The translations under genes were made by a program, and so were the position numbers. Below, in pieces: positions 32,500 to 42,543 of a stretch of DNA of 64,000 nt (position 1 is its first letter; each line of letters opens with the position of its first letter). Origin of the DNA: an uncultured Chloroflexia bacterium (GTDB lineage Bacteria; Chloroflexota; Anaerolineae; JAAYZQ01); assembly GCA_963700285.1 (NCBI GenBank), contig CAVOXA010000014.1:160001-224000 (forward strand). Reading direction: 5' to 3'. The notes beneath the pieces were generated by a model. The model worked only from the letters and a program-made list of their open reading frames with translations. It was not told the DNA's origin and ran no database searches.

Positions 32500-32507
32500 G
32501 TATGTCA

Positions 32508-32540
32508 ACTCCTGGGCTTTTTGGGGCCCGGGAGTTTTGC
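32508..32540 (+). terminator. Probable intrinsic terminator after tRNA-Asp
   Basis: AACTCCTGGGC...GCCCGGGAGTT hairpin followed by a short T run. Confidence 0.55.
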
Positions 32541-32887
32541 GTTTGGCTACCCCCAGGATAGCACTGATGCGCCGGGCCAACTGATAGCGACCACCGGATC
32601 GACACTTGGCCTTGACCTGGGGTGAGGCTGCCAAGTCCTGCCAGATGTTGCGTCTCGGCCTGGCAAACCGCTCGATTTTGCCGAGCAATCAAGCAGGGCC
32701 AGCCGGATCTGCCCCCGCAACACCGCCCGCTTGCCAGGTCTGAACAAGGGGAAAATCGCGCCAGGCCAGGATGCCGACCCGAGCGATCTAGACACAGAAT
32801 TGGAACTGCACTATACTGTTGCTGCAGGCCAGATTATGTACCAGCAGACTGCACGGGCCATGAAGGAGAGAATACGGGAGGACAACG

Positions 32888-33967
32888 ATGAACGGAGTGA
32901 ACCCTGACTTCAGCCGCATCACAACCACGCTCGAGCATGAAGAGCCGGATAGGGTACCCCTTGCGGAAGTGGTCGTCGATTATGAGATCATGAGCCAGTT
33001 TCTGGGGCGCACAGTGGCGGATGAGGATGTCGCCGCTCAGGTGGAGTTCTGGACAAAGGCCGGCTACGATTTCATCCCGCTCACAGTAGGCGTCATGCGC
33101 CCCGGGGGCATTACGAAGGACTCGCAGATCTCAAGAGTGGTCAAAGAGTTCCTGCTGCGGGATGGGCAGGAGGCCGTCGCCAACGGCGACTGGAACATCT
33201 GGGCCAAGCCGCGCATCCACACCGAGGCCGACTGCGAGGCATTCCCCTGGGAAGCCTTGGCCCAACTAGATTTGAGAAGGTTCCACGAGGTTCAGACGTA
33301 CCTTCCAGAAGGGATGAAGATCATTGCCACTTCCGGCAAGATTTTCACAACTGCCTGGATGCTCATGGGTTTCGAGAATTTCGCCCTCAGCCTGAAGCGC
33401 AACCCAGGGTTCACGCGGCGGGTCATCGAGCAAGTGGCGCAGATCCAACTGGATGGCATCAAGGCCATCTCGACGATTCCCAATGTCGCTGCCATTTGGG
33501 CCGTGGACGACGTGACATGTGGCACCGGGCCCATTATCAGTCCCAGGGATCTTCGCCGTGAGCTGTTTCCTTGGTACGAGGAATTTGGCCGGTTGTGCCA
33601 CGAACACGCTCAGTATTTCTTCTTCCATACGGATGGTGTGTTGTGGGACATCCTGGAAGACCTCATCGCGTTGGGCATCGACGCCTTGCACCCCATCGAT
33701 CCCACCTGCATGGACATCGTGGAGGTGAAGGAAAAGCTGCGCGGAAGGGTGTGCATCATTGGCAACATCTCCAACCAACTCCTCGAGGAAGGCACACCTG
33801 AAGAGGTTTCCGAGCTCGTCAAGCTGCGCCTGCGCACGGTCGCACCTGGGGGCGGCTACTGCCTGGGCAGTGGGAACTCGGTACCCAACTGGGCAAGGAT
33901 TGAGAATTACAGAGCCATGATTGACGCGGGCCTCAAGTATGGCCGGTATCCAATCCATATCAGATGA
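32888..33967 (+). CDS. Uroporphyrinogen decarboxylase / corrinoid methyltransferase (URO-D) family protein
   Basis: EPDRVP, LMGFENF, FHTDG, GIDALHPIDP, GNIS, GTPEEV, GGGYCLGSGNSV, ENYRAM. Confidence 0.9.
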   Translation: MNGVNPDFSRITTTLEHEEPDRVPLAEVVVDYEIMSQFLGRTVADEDVAAQVEFWTKAGYDFIPLTVGVMRPGGITKDSQISRVVKEFLLRDGQEAVANGDWNIWAKPRIHTEADCEAFPWEALAQLDLRRFHEVQTYLPEGMKIIATSGKIFTTAWMLMGFENFALSLKRNPGFTRRVIEQVAQIQLDGIKAISTIPNVAAIWAVDDVTCGTGPIISPRDLRRELFPWYEEFGRLCHEHAQYFFFHTDGVLWDILEDLIALGIDALHPIDPTCMDIVEVKEKLRGRVCIIGNISNQLLEEGTPEEVSELVKLRLRTVAPGGGYCLGSGNSVPNWARIENYRAMIDAGLKYGRYPIHIR

Positions 33968-34009
33968 CTGGGCTGCAAGAGATGTTGGTTAGGCCAATCG
34001 GGAGATAGG

Positions 34010-34603
34010 ATGAGATTCCTTTTTATTGCTGCCACTATCGTGGTACTTTTGCTCACCGCATGTGATGGCCCCGAAAAGCCCACTGCGGGAATTGGTCCTG
34101 AAGATACCCCAATTGAGACACCTGACATTGCCGAATCATCTCCCTCTGCTGCGCCACTGACTCGGAAAAGTCATGGAAACACCCTCATTGAGTCACCAGA
34201 GTATACTGGTGTCGTTTTCTCTGAGAATCGAGCTTCGGAGTTTAGCTTCTTATTTGACAGAGCTTCCACTGAATTCTGGGAGCCATCAATCAACGACGTC
34301 TCAAGAGCTGAGAAGTGTATCAGACAGCATCTTGTTTCTGTGCAGCAGGACCCGAATGATTACCAGAAAGAGCATGCTGCATTCATCTTGGAAAACCTTG
34401 GCGAATACCGGCGCCAATACGTAGGGATTGTTGTCGATGGTGAGAAGCGCATCTGGTGCAACGCGTTCTTCTTTGATGATTCATTCCCAGATTGGGAGCG
34501 TGATCCAGTTTACGTACTTGACGGGGGCAATCAATTCTGGCAGATCGAATATGATCTGCTCAAAGATAAATGTGTAAACTTCTACGTTCATGGAGAGGCA
34601 TAA
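34010..34603 (+). CDS. Hypothetical lipoprotein, AT-rich, cassette-like
   Basis: Lipobox LTAC. YRRQYVG..I..N..F..V.DGG..F motif. Visibly more AT-rich than its neighbours. Confidence 0.8.
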   Translation: MRFLFIAATIVVLLLTACDGPEKPTAGIGPEDTPIETPDIAESSPSAAPLTRKSHGNTLIESPEYTGVVFSENRASEFSFLFDRASTEFWEPSINDVSRAEKCIRQHLVSVQQDPNDYQKEHAAFILENLGEYRRQYVGIVVDGEKRIWCNAFFFDDSFPDWERDPVYVLDGGNQFWQIEYDLLKDKCVNFYVHGEA

Positions 34604-34609
34604 GTCTAT

Positions 34610-34676
34610 GTCCGACAAGCCGTCCCGGCGGACTCAGACCCTTGCGGGGTTACGCCGCTGAGCTAGGCATCAGCGC
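34610..34676 (+). mobile_element. Degenerate integron attC-like site
   Basis: GTCCGAC-AAGCCGTCCCGGCGGAC...CGCCGCTGAGCTAGGC-ATCAGCG resembles an RYYYAAC...GTTRRRY attC with both cores mutated. A GTTAGGC core sits at 33988, just 5' of the gene. Confidence 0.5.
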
Positions 34677-34806
34677 GGGAACAAGGCGAGATCGATCCCT
34701 GAATGGCAAAGAGAACAAACACCCTCCGTCGCCTGGCTGTCCTATACGAGTCCGATCCAGTGAGGAGACCTTGGCTGTGGCGGCAAAGCCGCAAAAGCCT
34801 CTATGT

Positions 34807-35761
34807 CTATTGTAGTTGGGTCTTTATGAAATCCAACGTCTGCTCAATGATCTCGGCTGATCTCGGATGTGATCTCATGGTTTCTTCAAACTCATGCCGT
34901 CCTTCTTCGAACTCGACCAGGGTTATGTCCATATCACTGGCCAACCCGACATCAAGAAAGTGATCGATGGAGTCGTTCACATAGCGCAGCATGGGCTTGC
35001 GACCGCCGCGAACGATCAGCAGCGGCAGATCCGTACGCATCTGCGCGACATCCTCTAGTTCGGCTGCATAGCAGCCGGACCGCGAACACATATCGTTGAT
35101 CCCATCGCGGAATCTGTTGTCAGGGGTCAGCATCTGACCATAGTAGAATACGGCGAATTTGAGAAAGCCCCTGCCCTCCTGCATGGCGAAGGACATGGCC
35201 GTGGGGCTATTGTCCGCACAGGACCATAGGCCGATACGATTCGGGTCCATGTGATGGAGGTGCCCATTCTCCTGGATCCAGGCCACCACGGCCTCCAGGT
35301 CATCATACTGCTCGGTCTGATAAGTGATCGCGATGAGCCCGGACGCGGCTACCAGCCTGCCCCAGGAGACATATTGGCTCATCTCCTTGAGCGGCTCGGA
35401 AATGTAGGGTGCCCAGTCAGGGTAGCCCATGACAAAGATCACGACCGGCAGGGTGTCGCGCCCCTTTGGACCCGGCGGGTTATAGACATCCAGAGGCAAG
35501 AGCGAGCCATTTGCCGAGGGGTAATTCAGGTGCGTCACGACGATCTCATCCATCCCTGGGAGACTGAAGGCCAGCGAGTCAACGGGCAGATCACTGTGCG
35601 ATGCCGGTGTGGGTGGTGGGTAGGGTACTGGTTGGCGCGGGGGTATTCGTTGCCGGAAAGCTTGTGGGTGTGGGTGTAGGTTGGGAAGTACCACATGCCA
35701 CGAAAAGCAGGGTGACCAGTATACAACCAATCAACTTCGGTAGCAGTTCCTTGCGATCCAT
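34807..35761 (-). CDS. Lipoprotein alpha/beta-hydrolase-fold protein (frameshift in Pro/Thr linker)
   Basis: MDRKELLPKLIGCILVTLLFVAC lipobox, then LDVYNP, PVVIFV, DPNRIGLWSC, PLLIVRG, EEGRHEFE. Confidence 0.78.
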
Positions 35762-35879
35762 CGTACCCTCCTTAAAGTCGTTGTTCGCTACAGAAACAGA
35801 CAGCAGTCACACGAGCAGCATGACACAAAGTATCGAGTATCCCGGCTGTTGAGGCGTTGAGAGGGCGGGAGACCCGCCC

Positions 35880-36098
35880 TCAGTACGACCTGTCTTGGGC
35901 AGAATCTACGTCGGAGGGCTCGAGAGTCTGTCGTCTCAAGAATAGAAACAGATCGTCCAGGCTGGCAAAGCCTTGGCTCTCGCCAGTGCGTGGGCTCTCC
36001 AGGGATGCCCTCCAGCCGGTTGTGCCCTCGCCCTTCACCTGCCACAAGCGCAGCAGGTAGGCGACGTACCTATGCTGCGGTTCAGTCACAATAACCAC
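35880..36098 (-). CDS. Small conserved hypothetical protein (YLLRLW...WRASLE...GFASL type)
   Basis: 72-aa ORF with YLLRLWQ, WRASLESPRTGE and GFASLDDLFLFL, divergent from the SARP-STAND regulator. Confidence 0.75.
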   Translation of the reverse strand: MVIVTEPQHRYVAYLLRLWQVKGEGTTGWRASLESPRTGESQGFASLDDLFLFLRRQTLEPSDVDSAQDRSY

Positions 36099-36208
36099 CG
36101 CTCCGGCCCTCTCTATCTCGCACGTCCTAATACCTCATTCAGCTCGACACTCCAGTCATAGTGTAGCAGATGATCGCGTGAAAAGCGCGTGAGCTGAGCT
36201 TGGCCCAA

Positions 36209-36237
36209 TTGCCTTCTGTTTGAGCATGCGCTATAAT
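36209..36237 (+). promoter_or_regulatory. sigma70 promoter for SARP-STAND regulator
   Basis: TTGCCT-17 bp-TATAAT. Confidence 0.65.
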
Positions 36238-36275
36238 GTATTCACGAACCGACGATTTCCAGGTGGTGCGGCAAG

Positions 36276-39200
36276 ATGGTCCGTCTATCCATTCGCCTGC
36301 TGGGTCCGGTTCAGGTCAGTTTGGATGACCAACCGATCACCCGCTTTGAGACGAAAAAGGGCCAGGCGCTGCTGGCCTTTCTGGCGGTTGAGGGTGACCA
36401 GCCGCACGGCCGGGCAGCACTGGCCGAGATGCTCTGGCCTGGCCGGGCAGAGGGCGCGGCCCGAGCAAACCTGCGCCATACCCTGGCCAAGCTCCGCACC
36501 GCCATCGGAGACCGCGAGGCCCTCCCACCCTTTCTGCTCATCGCCCGGGACACCACCCAGTTCAACAAGGCCAGCGACGCCTGGGTCGATGTCAGTACCT
36601 TCTCCGCGCTCTTGCAGAGCGCACAGGCCAAGACGCCAGCAAGCGGCAGGCAGACGATCCACCGGCTGGAAGAAGCGGTCAAACTGTACCGTGGCGTTTT
36701 TCTGGAGGACGTTTCGGTCCCCGATAGCGCTGCTTTTGAGGAATGGTTGCTGCTCAATCGCGAGCGATATGGCCGCCTGGCTTGGGACGCCCTGCACCTG
36801 CTGGCCGAACGATACGAGCAGATTGGGGAAACCGAACAGGCGCTGGCCCATACCAGGCACCAGGTAGAGTTGCAGCCGTGGCAGGAAGAAGCCCAGCGAC
36901 AGTTGATGCGCTTGCTGGCCGTCACCGGCCGCCGGGCTGGCGCACTGGCGCAGTACGAAGCTTGCCGGCGCGTCTTGGCCGAAGAGCTGGACATCGAACC
37001 GGAAGAGGAAACGATCGCTCTGTATGAGCGCATCCGCGATAGAGCCAGGTTGCTCCCTTCGTATTCGACCCCGCCGCATGGTCTGCCGGTGCCCCCTACT
37101 CCCTTTGTCGGACGGGAAGCCGAACTTGTCGAAATACAAGACCGCCTGCTAGGCCCAGATTGCCGGTTGCTGACCCTGGTCGGCCCCGGTGGCATCGGTA
37201 AAACACGCCTGGCTCTGGCGGCCGGTACACTGATTGCCGGAAGGCAGTACTTTGGGGAGTTCGACCGGGCGGGGACGGCATTTCCCCAGGGCATCGTCTT
37301 TGTGCCACTGGCACCCTTGGGTTCAGTAGGAGACATGGTACCTGCGATTGCTGATGCCTGCCAGGTGCGATTCGAAAGAGGGCAAGAACAGCTATTCGAC
37401 TACTTGCGCAAAAAGCGGCTTTTGCTCATTATCGACAATCTGGAGCACCTGCTAGACGGAGTTGGGCTGCTGGCTGAGATTCTCCGTACTGCTCCAGGCG
37501 TCAAGATATTGGCCACATCACAGGAGCGGTTGCGATTGCAGGGTGAGCACGTGTTTCCTGTTCCAGGGCTCGTGTTTCCAGAGCAGGAACCCACACCGTC
37601 TGCCCTGGCAGGCGTGGATGTGGACACCTACGTGGAGGCATATCCAGCCATCAGGCTGCTGGCAGAGAGTGTGCGTCGTATCCAACCGGCGTTTGCACCC
37701 GGCCCCGACGACCTGGCCGTGCTGGCGCGTATCTGCCACCTTTTGGATGGAATGCCCTTGGCCCTGGAACTGGCTGCATCCTGGACTGATGCGCTCTCTT
37801 TGAATGACATCCTTGTCGAGACCCGGCAGAGCTTGGATTTCCTACAGACGGAGTGGCGTGACATTCTCCGACGCCAACGCAGCGTCCGTGCTGTCTTTGA
37901 CACATCCTGGCGGCGGCTTGGCCAGGCAGAACAGGCGCTCTTCCCTCAACTCTCCGTCTTCCGGGGTGGCTTTACGCGGGTGGCCGCAGAGGAAGTGGCG
38001 GCAGGCAGCGTTGGGACAGGGCTCTTCGCCCGCCTGTTGTCCAAACTGGTCCACAAGTCGTTCATCCAATACGACCAGACCAGCGACCGATTCCAGGTGC
38101 ACAGATTGTTGCGCCAATATGGGGCAGAAAGACTGGCTCAGGATCCAGTCCACGAAGCAGAGGTACGGGATCATCACAGTTCCCACTTCTGCGGCTGGCT
38201 GGTCGAACAGGAAGCGAACCTGAACAGTGCCAAGCAGCAGCAAGTCCTGCAAAAGATTGAGGCTGAAATAGAGAACGTGCGGACCGCATGCAACTGGGCC
38301 GCAAGCCAGGGGCAGGCGGAACGACTAAGCAGGGTGATAGGCATCCTCGGCCTTTACTATGACTGGCGCGAAAGCTACCAGGCCGGCGAGCTAGTCCTCG
38401 GCAGTCTGGTGGAGAGACTTGCTGAGGCCCATGATCCCTCGTCGCCGATGACGGACAGCACGCTACGGGCCGCGGCCAGGATCCTGGTGTGGCAGGGCAG
38501 GTTCGCCGCGATGTTGGGAAAGCCAGAGGTCCGTGAAAGGCTGGTGTATGAAAGCCTAGCCCTCTTGGACTCCCCTCCGCTAGCCGACCAGGACACGCGG
38601 TCGGAGCGGGCGCACGTGTGGGCGCAATTGGCCTACACGCAGTACGGCAAAGACCTTGAGGCAGCAAGGGAGCTGTTCGTTCAAAGTCGCGATCTCTACC
38701 AGGTGCTCGGTGACCGGGGCGGCTCGGCCTACGCCCTACTGGGGCTGGGGCGCGTCGCCCGAAATCTGCAAGACTACGAAGAAGCTGAAGAGGCGCTCAC
38801 CCAGTCCCTGACCCTGCGCCAGGCCACAGGTGACCATGTCGGGGCCGCCCAAGCACTGAGTCTCTTGGGCGAGATGGCCCTGTACCAGGGAAAGTTTGGG
38901 AAGAGCGAGCGTTTGAGGCGGCAGAGCCTGGCCATCAACCGAAGCGCTTCTGGGCTGAATGATTTGGGGTTCACTTTAATCTGTTCCGGCCGGTTCGTCG
39001 AGGCAGAGAAGTTCGTGGCGGAAAGCGCTGTCCTGTGCAGGGATCTGGGTCTTGGTGTGGTGGCCTTCTGGACCTTCCTTGATCTGAGCCAGATCCACCT
39101 ACATCTGGGTGACTACCAGGCAGCGCGGGTGCAAGCAGAAGAAGCCCTGTCTCTTGCGCGCCAGGTCAAGTCTGATCGCAATACGGGCATCGCGTTGGGT

Positions 39201-39731
39201 CAGTTGGGGGCAGTGGCCCTGGCCGAAAGGGCGTATGCTCTAGCCCACGAACGGTGCGAGGAGAGTCTCGCCATCTGCCCGGAGGAGCCCGGAGCCTTGG
39301 GCTCACTCGCTTGTCTGGGCTTGGCAGCTCGCGGGCTGGGTCACCGCAAGGAGGCTGAGCAGTGCCTCCTCGCCCAGTTGCGGTGGGCTGTGGAACGCCG
39401 GTGTTTCTTTCCCCTTCCATGCACGCTTTCCGGCATCGCCCTCCTGCTGGCCGACAAGGGGCAAGCGGACCGAGCAGCGGAAGTCTATGCCCTCGCGCAA
39501 AGCTATCCCCTTGTAGCCAACTCGCTATGGTTCAAGGCGGTGGCCGGCGGCGAGATGGCTGCCGCTGCCGCTCGCCTCCCGCCACCAGCAGCCCAGGCAG
39601 CTCGTGCCCGTGGCCAGACGGTCGATCTTGGGCAAGGTGTCGCTGAGTGGCTCAACATTCTGGGCCCAGAATTCGGTCAGACTGAGCGCACCATGACCAG
39701 TCGCTGTCAAGTAGAACCCGGCGTCGAATGA
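36276..39731 (+). CDS. AfsR/SARP-like regulator: wHTH, BTAD, NB-ARC ATPase and TPR
   Basis: IRLLG..KGQALLAFLA, ANLRHTL, LYRG.FLED..FEEWL, ALAQYEACR (BTAD), FVGRE, GPGGIGKT, IIDNLEH, GMPLALEL, C-terminal TPRs. Confidence 0.93.
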   Translation: MVRLSIRLLGPVQVSLDDQPITRFETKKGQALLAFLAVEGDQPHGRAALAEMLWPGRAEGAARANLRHTLAKLRTAIGDREALPPFLLIARDTTQFNKASDAWVDVSTFSALLQSAQAKTPASGRQTIHRLEEAVKLYRGVFLEDVSVPDSAAFEEWLLLNRERYGRLAWDALHLLAERYEQIGETEQALAHTRHQVELQPWQEEAQRQLMRLLAVTGRRAGALAQYEACRRVLAEELDIEPEEETIALYERIRDRARLLPSYSTPPHGLPVPPTPFVGREAELVEIQDRLLGPDCRLLTLVGPGGIGKTRLALAAGTLIAGRQYFGEFDRAGTAFPQGIVFVPLAPLGSVGDMVPAIADACQVRFERGQEQLFDYLRKKRLLLIIDNLEHLLDGVGLLAEILRTAPGVKILATSQERLRLQGEHVFPVPGLVFPEQEPTPSALAGVDVDTYVEAYPAIRLLAESVRRIQPAFAPGPDDLAVLARICHLLDGMPLALELAASWTDALSLNDILVETRQSLDFLQTEWRDILRRQRSVRAVFDTSWRRLGQAEQALFPQLSVFRGGFTRVAAEEVAAGSVGTGLFARLLSKLVHKSFIQYDQTSDRFQVHRLLRQYGAERLAQDPVHEAEVRDHHSSHFCGWLVEQEANLNSAKQQQVLQKIEAEIENVRTACNWAASQGQAERLSRVIGILGLYYDWRESYQAGELVLGSLVERLAEAHDPSSPMTDSTLRAAARILVWQGRFAAMLGKPEVRERLVYESLALLDSPPLADQDTRSERAHVWAQLAYTQYGKDLEAARELFVQSRDLYQVLGDRGGSAYALLGLGRVARNLQDYEEAEEALTQSLTLRQATGDHVGAAQALSLLGEMALYQGKFGKSERLRRQSLAINRSASGLNDLGFTLICSGRFVEAEKFVAESAVLCRDLGLGVVAFWTFLDLSQIHLHLGDYQAARVQAEEALSLARQVKSDRNTGIALGQLGAVALAERAYALAHERCEESLAICPEEPGALGSLACLGLAARGLGHRKEAEQCLLAQLRWAVERRCFFPLPCTLSGIALLLADKGQADRAAEVYALAQSYPLVANSLWFKAVAGGEMAAAAARLPPPAAQAARARGQTVDLGQGVAEWLNILGPEFGQTERTMTSRCQVEPGVE

Positions 39732-39860
39732 AGGCTGTGAGCTGCAGAATACTGAGAGACACGGCGCTACAATAGGGATGAACCGGTCCTGACAAGAACC
39801 TGTGGAGGGAGGGCCGGCGTATCACAGACCCTTACCTGCACCAGGCGTGAGGAGGAACCC

Positions 39861-41336
39861 ATGAAACTGGTCATTGCCTTGATGAGTCATGAAACCAATA
39901 CCTTTTCTCCCGTTCCGACCCCCTGGGAACGGTTCGCTGACGAGGCAGGGAATAGTGGGGAGGCAGCAATTCGGGCCTATCAGGGCACGAACACACCGAT
40001 CGCCGCCTACATCGACCTGGCCCGAGAGGTAGGTGCCGAGATCGAGGTACCCATTGCCGCGGGGGCGAGTCCGTCGGGCCCGGTGGCGGCCCAAGCCTAC
40101 GAGTTTATGACCAACGCCATCCTGGAGGCCATAGGCCGAGGCTGTGACGCGGTCATGTTGGACCTGCACGGCGCTATGGTTGCCGAGACTACTCCCGACG
40201 GTGAGGGTACCCTGCTTAAAGCCATCCGCGCCATCGCCCCCGAGGTTCCAATCTGTGTGACCTGTGACCTGCACGCCAACCTGACGCAGGACATGGTCGG
40301 CAATTGCAGTGCCATCATTGGCTACAAGACCTATCCCCACGTGGACACCTACGATGCCGGCCAGCAGATTGGCCGCGTCCTGCTCGATCAACTGGCCGGC
40401 AAGGTAAAGCCGGTGATGGCCTGGGGCAACCGGCCCATGCTACCCCACACGCTGTGCATGGGGCACGAGTTCGAGCCCATGAAGACGCTGCAGGAGATGG
40501 CCCGCGCGGCAGAGCGGGACGGCGCCCTGGCTGCTTCGGTGTTCGGGGGCTTTCCTCTGGCGGATATCGAGTCCGCTGGCCTTTCCGCCGTCGTCAGCAC
40601 AGATGGTGACCCGGATGCGGCTCGCGCCATGGCCGAGCGGCTGCTGGATGCCGCCTGGGAGCGGCGCGCAGGCTTTTCCTATCACGGCGAGCCCCTGGCT
40701 GAGGCGGTCGCGCGCGCCAAGCAGATGGAGGATGGGCCCATCGTGCTGTTGGACCACGCGGACAACTGCGCTTCTGGCGGCACCCAGGACATGATGACGG
40801 TGATCGCAGAGGTGCTGCGCCAGGGACTCGAAGACGTGGCCGTCGGAGCCCTGTGGGACCCTGCGGCCGTTCGAGAGATGGCCAGGGCAGGCGTTGGCGC
40901 AACGGTCACGCTGCCTTTGGGCGGCAGGAGCGACGTCCCCTCGCTGGGCCTGAAGGGTGAGCCCCTGGAGGTGACCGGCAAGGTCCGGCACCTGTCGGAT
41001 GGAGAGTTTATCGTGCGTGGGCCGATGGCCACCGGGCGCAAGATGCGAATGGGGCCAACCGCCGTGTTGGACACCGGGCAGATGGAGATCGTGATCATCA
41101 GCCGGCACACGGAGCCCTGGGATGCTGGCGTGTTCACTTCGGTGGGCATCGATCCGGGCGCCAAGCGCTACCTATTGCTCAAATCTCGCGTTCACTGGCG
41201 GGCGGGTTTTGGGCCACTGGCCCGCCAGACGGTACCATGTGATGGGCTGGGCGCCACCAGTTCAGATTATGGTTTGTTTGAGTTTCGACATCTCCGGCGT
41301 CCGATCTACCCCCTCGACGACGTGCGGTTGCCCTAG
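39861..41336 (+). CDS. M81 family (MlrC-like) metallopeptidase
   Basis: HETNTFSP, LDLHGAM, DLHAN, YKTYPHVD, GFPLAD, DNCASGG, LKSRVH. Confidence 0.92.
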   Translation: MKLVIALMSHETNTFSPVPTPWERFADEAGNSGEAAIRAYQGTNTPIAAYIDLAREVGAEIEVPIAAGASPSGPVAAQAYEFMTNAILEAIGRGCDAVMLDLHGAMVAETTPDGEGTLLKAIRAIAPEVPICVTCDLHANLTQDMVGNCSAIIGYKTYPHVDTYDAGQQIGRVLLDQLAGKVKPVMAWGNRPMLPHTLCMGHEFEPMKTLQEMARAAERDGALAASVFGGFPLADIESAGLSAVVSTDGDPDAARAMAERLLDAAWERRAGFSYHGEPLAEAVARAKQMEDGPIVLLDHADNCASGGTQDMMTVIAEVLRQGLEDVAVGALWDPAAVREMARAGVGATVTLPLGGRSDVPSLGLKGEPLEVTGKVRHLSDGEFIVRGPMATGRKMRMGPTAVLDTGQMEIVIISRHTEPWDAGVFTSVGIDPGAKRYLLLKSRVHWRAGFGPLARQTVPCDGLGATSSDYGLFEFRHLRRPIYPLDDVRLP

Positions 41337-41631
41337 TGGCAGTCTCGCCAAGTGGGTACGATTCGGGCACCGCCGTAAACGGGCGGTGCTGGGCAGATTT
41401 CTGCCGATTTCAGTGCCTAGCACCGGCTCTTCCAGGCCGGTGCGATACAGCGTGATCACTAGAGACTTGGCGAGAGAACCACTTGGCCTTGGAGCCCGCA
41501 CGAGGTCACGAATGGCTGGCCTATCCTGGCCGAAACTGCCGCCCTGCCAGGGATTAGCCTGCCAGCCCGAGTCGCATCATGGGATGCTACATCTGGAGGC
41601 AGGCCCACGTTTGGTTCTACCAGCATGTTGC

Positions 41632-42399
41632 TCAGGTATAGTACTCTGGCGAGAGCTTGAGCGTCTTCCAGTAGTCGGGATCGTGGCCAAACAGGAGCTG
41701 CCCTCCTTCGGCCCGGGCCGTGGCCGCCAGGCGCTTGGCGGATGCTCGCGCATTGATGGCGTTCCAGGCCGCAGTCCAATTGTCCTGCACGAGATTCTCC
41801 TCCAAGCTGATGGCGTCCCCGGCGATGACCATCGTGCCGGAATTTGGCAGCCTGATGACCGGGCACTGCAAGCCCTTGACGTGACCGGGCAGCTTGAGAA
41901 CCTGGACCCCGGGCGCGAGATATAGATCTCCCTCCACCAAGTCATAGGTCAGATCGGACAGGTTCCAATACTCTGGTCGAAAACGCACGGACGAGCCGGT
42001 AGCCTGCTGATAGTGGTCTCGTTGCACAAGGATGAGCGAGTTCGGAAAGAGATAGTTGCAGCCGGCATGATCGAAATGGAGATGGGTGTTGACCACAATG
42101 TCAATGTCGCCAGGCTCCAAGCCCAACTCCGCCAACCGGTTCTCGAGCCGGTCTTCCTCTTTCATCAGGGGCAGGATGAGGTCCCCACGGGGTGTGTCCC
42201 CAAAGGTAGCCCGCGGATTCGCAATGTGGGCGGGGTGCATGCCCGTGTCAAAGAGGATGTTTAGCCCTTCAACCTGAACCAGCGAGGCCCAGATGGGAAC
42301 GATGATGCGCTCGCCGTCCCCACTGCCCGGCGTGAGGGTTCGCCCCTTGTCCAGATCACAAAGACCCAGGGGCAAGATGTAGAACCGCATTGTGCTCAT
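41632..42399 (-). CDS. N-acyl homoserine lactonase-like metallo-beta-lactamase-fold hydrolase
   Basis: LFDTG, THLHFDHAG (HxHxDH), PGHVKG, AGDA, FGHD. Confidence 0.88.
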   Translation of the reverse strand: MSTMRFYILPLGLCDLDKGRTLTPGSGDGERIIVPIWASLVQVEGLNILFDTGMHPAHIANPRATFGDTPRGDLILPLMKEEDRLENRLAELGLEPGDIDIVVNTHLHFDHAGCNYLFPNSLILVQRDHYQQATGSSVRFRPEYWNLSDLTYDLVEGDLYLAPGVQVLKLPGHVKGLQCPVIRLPNSGTMVIAGDAISLEENLVQDNWTAAWNAINARASAKRLAATARAEGGQLLFGHDPDYWKTLKLSPEYYT

Positions 42400-42543
42400 T
42401 TCACATTTCTCCTTCCCTTTTTGGCAAGGCGTCACTGGGTGATGACCTTGGTGTGGGCGATCCCGTTGGGCTGTTCAGGCCGAGGATTCTCTCAACTGCC
42501 AGCGAAGAGCTGACAAAGCTCGACAACACCACCCCGGTCGATC

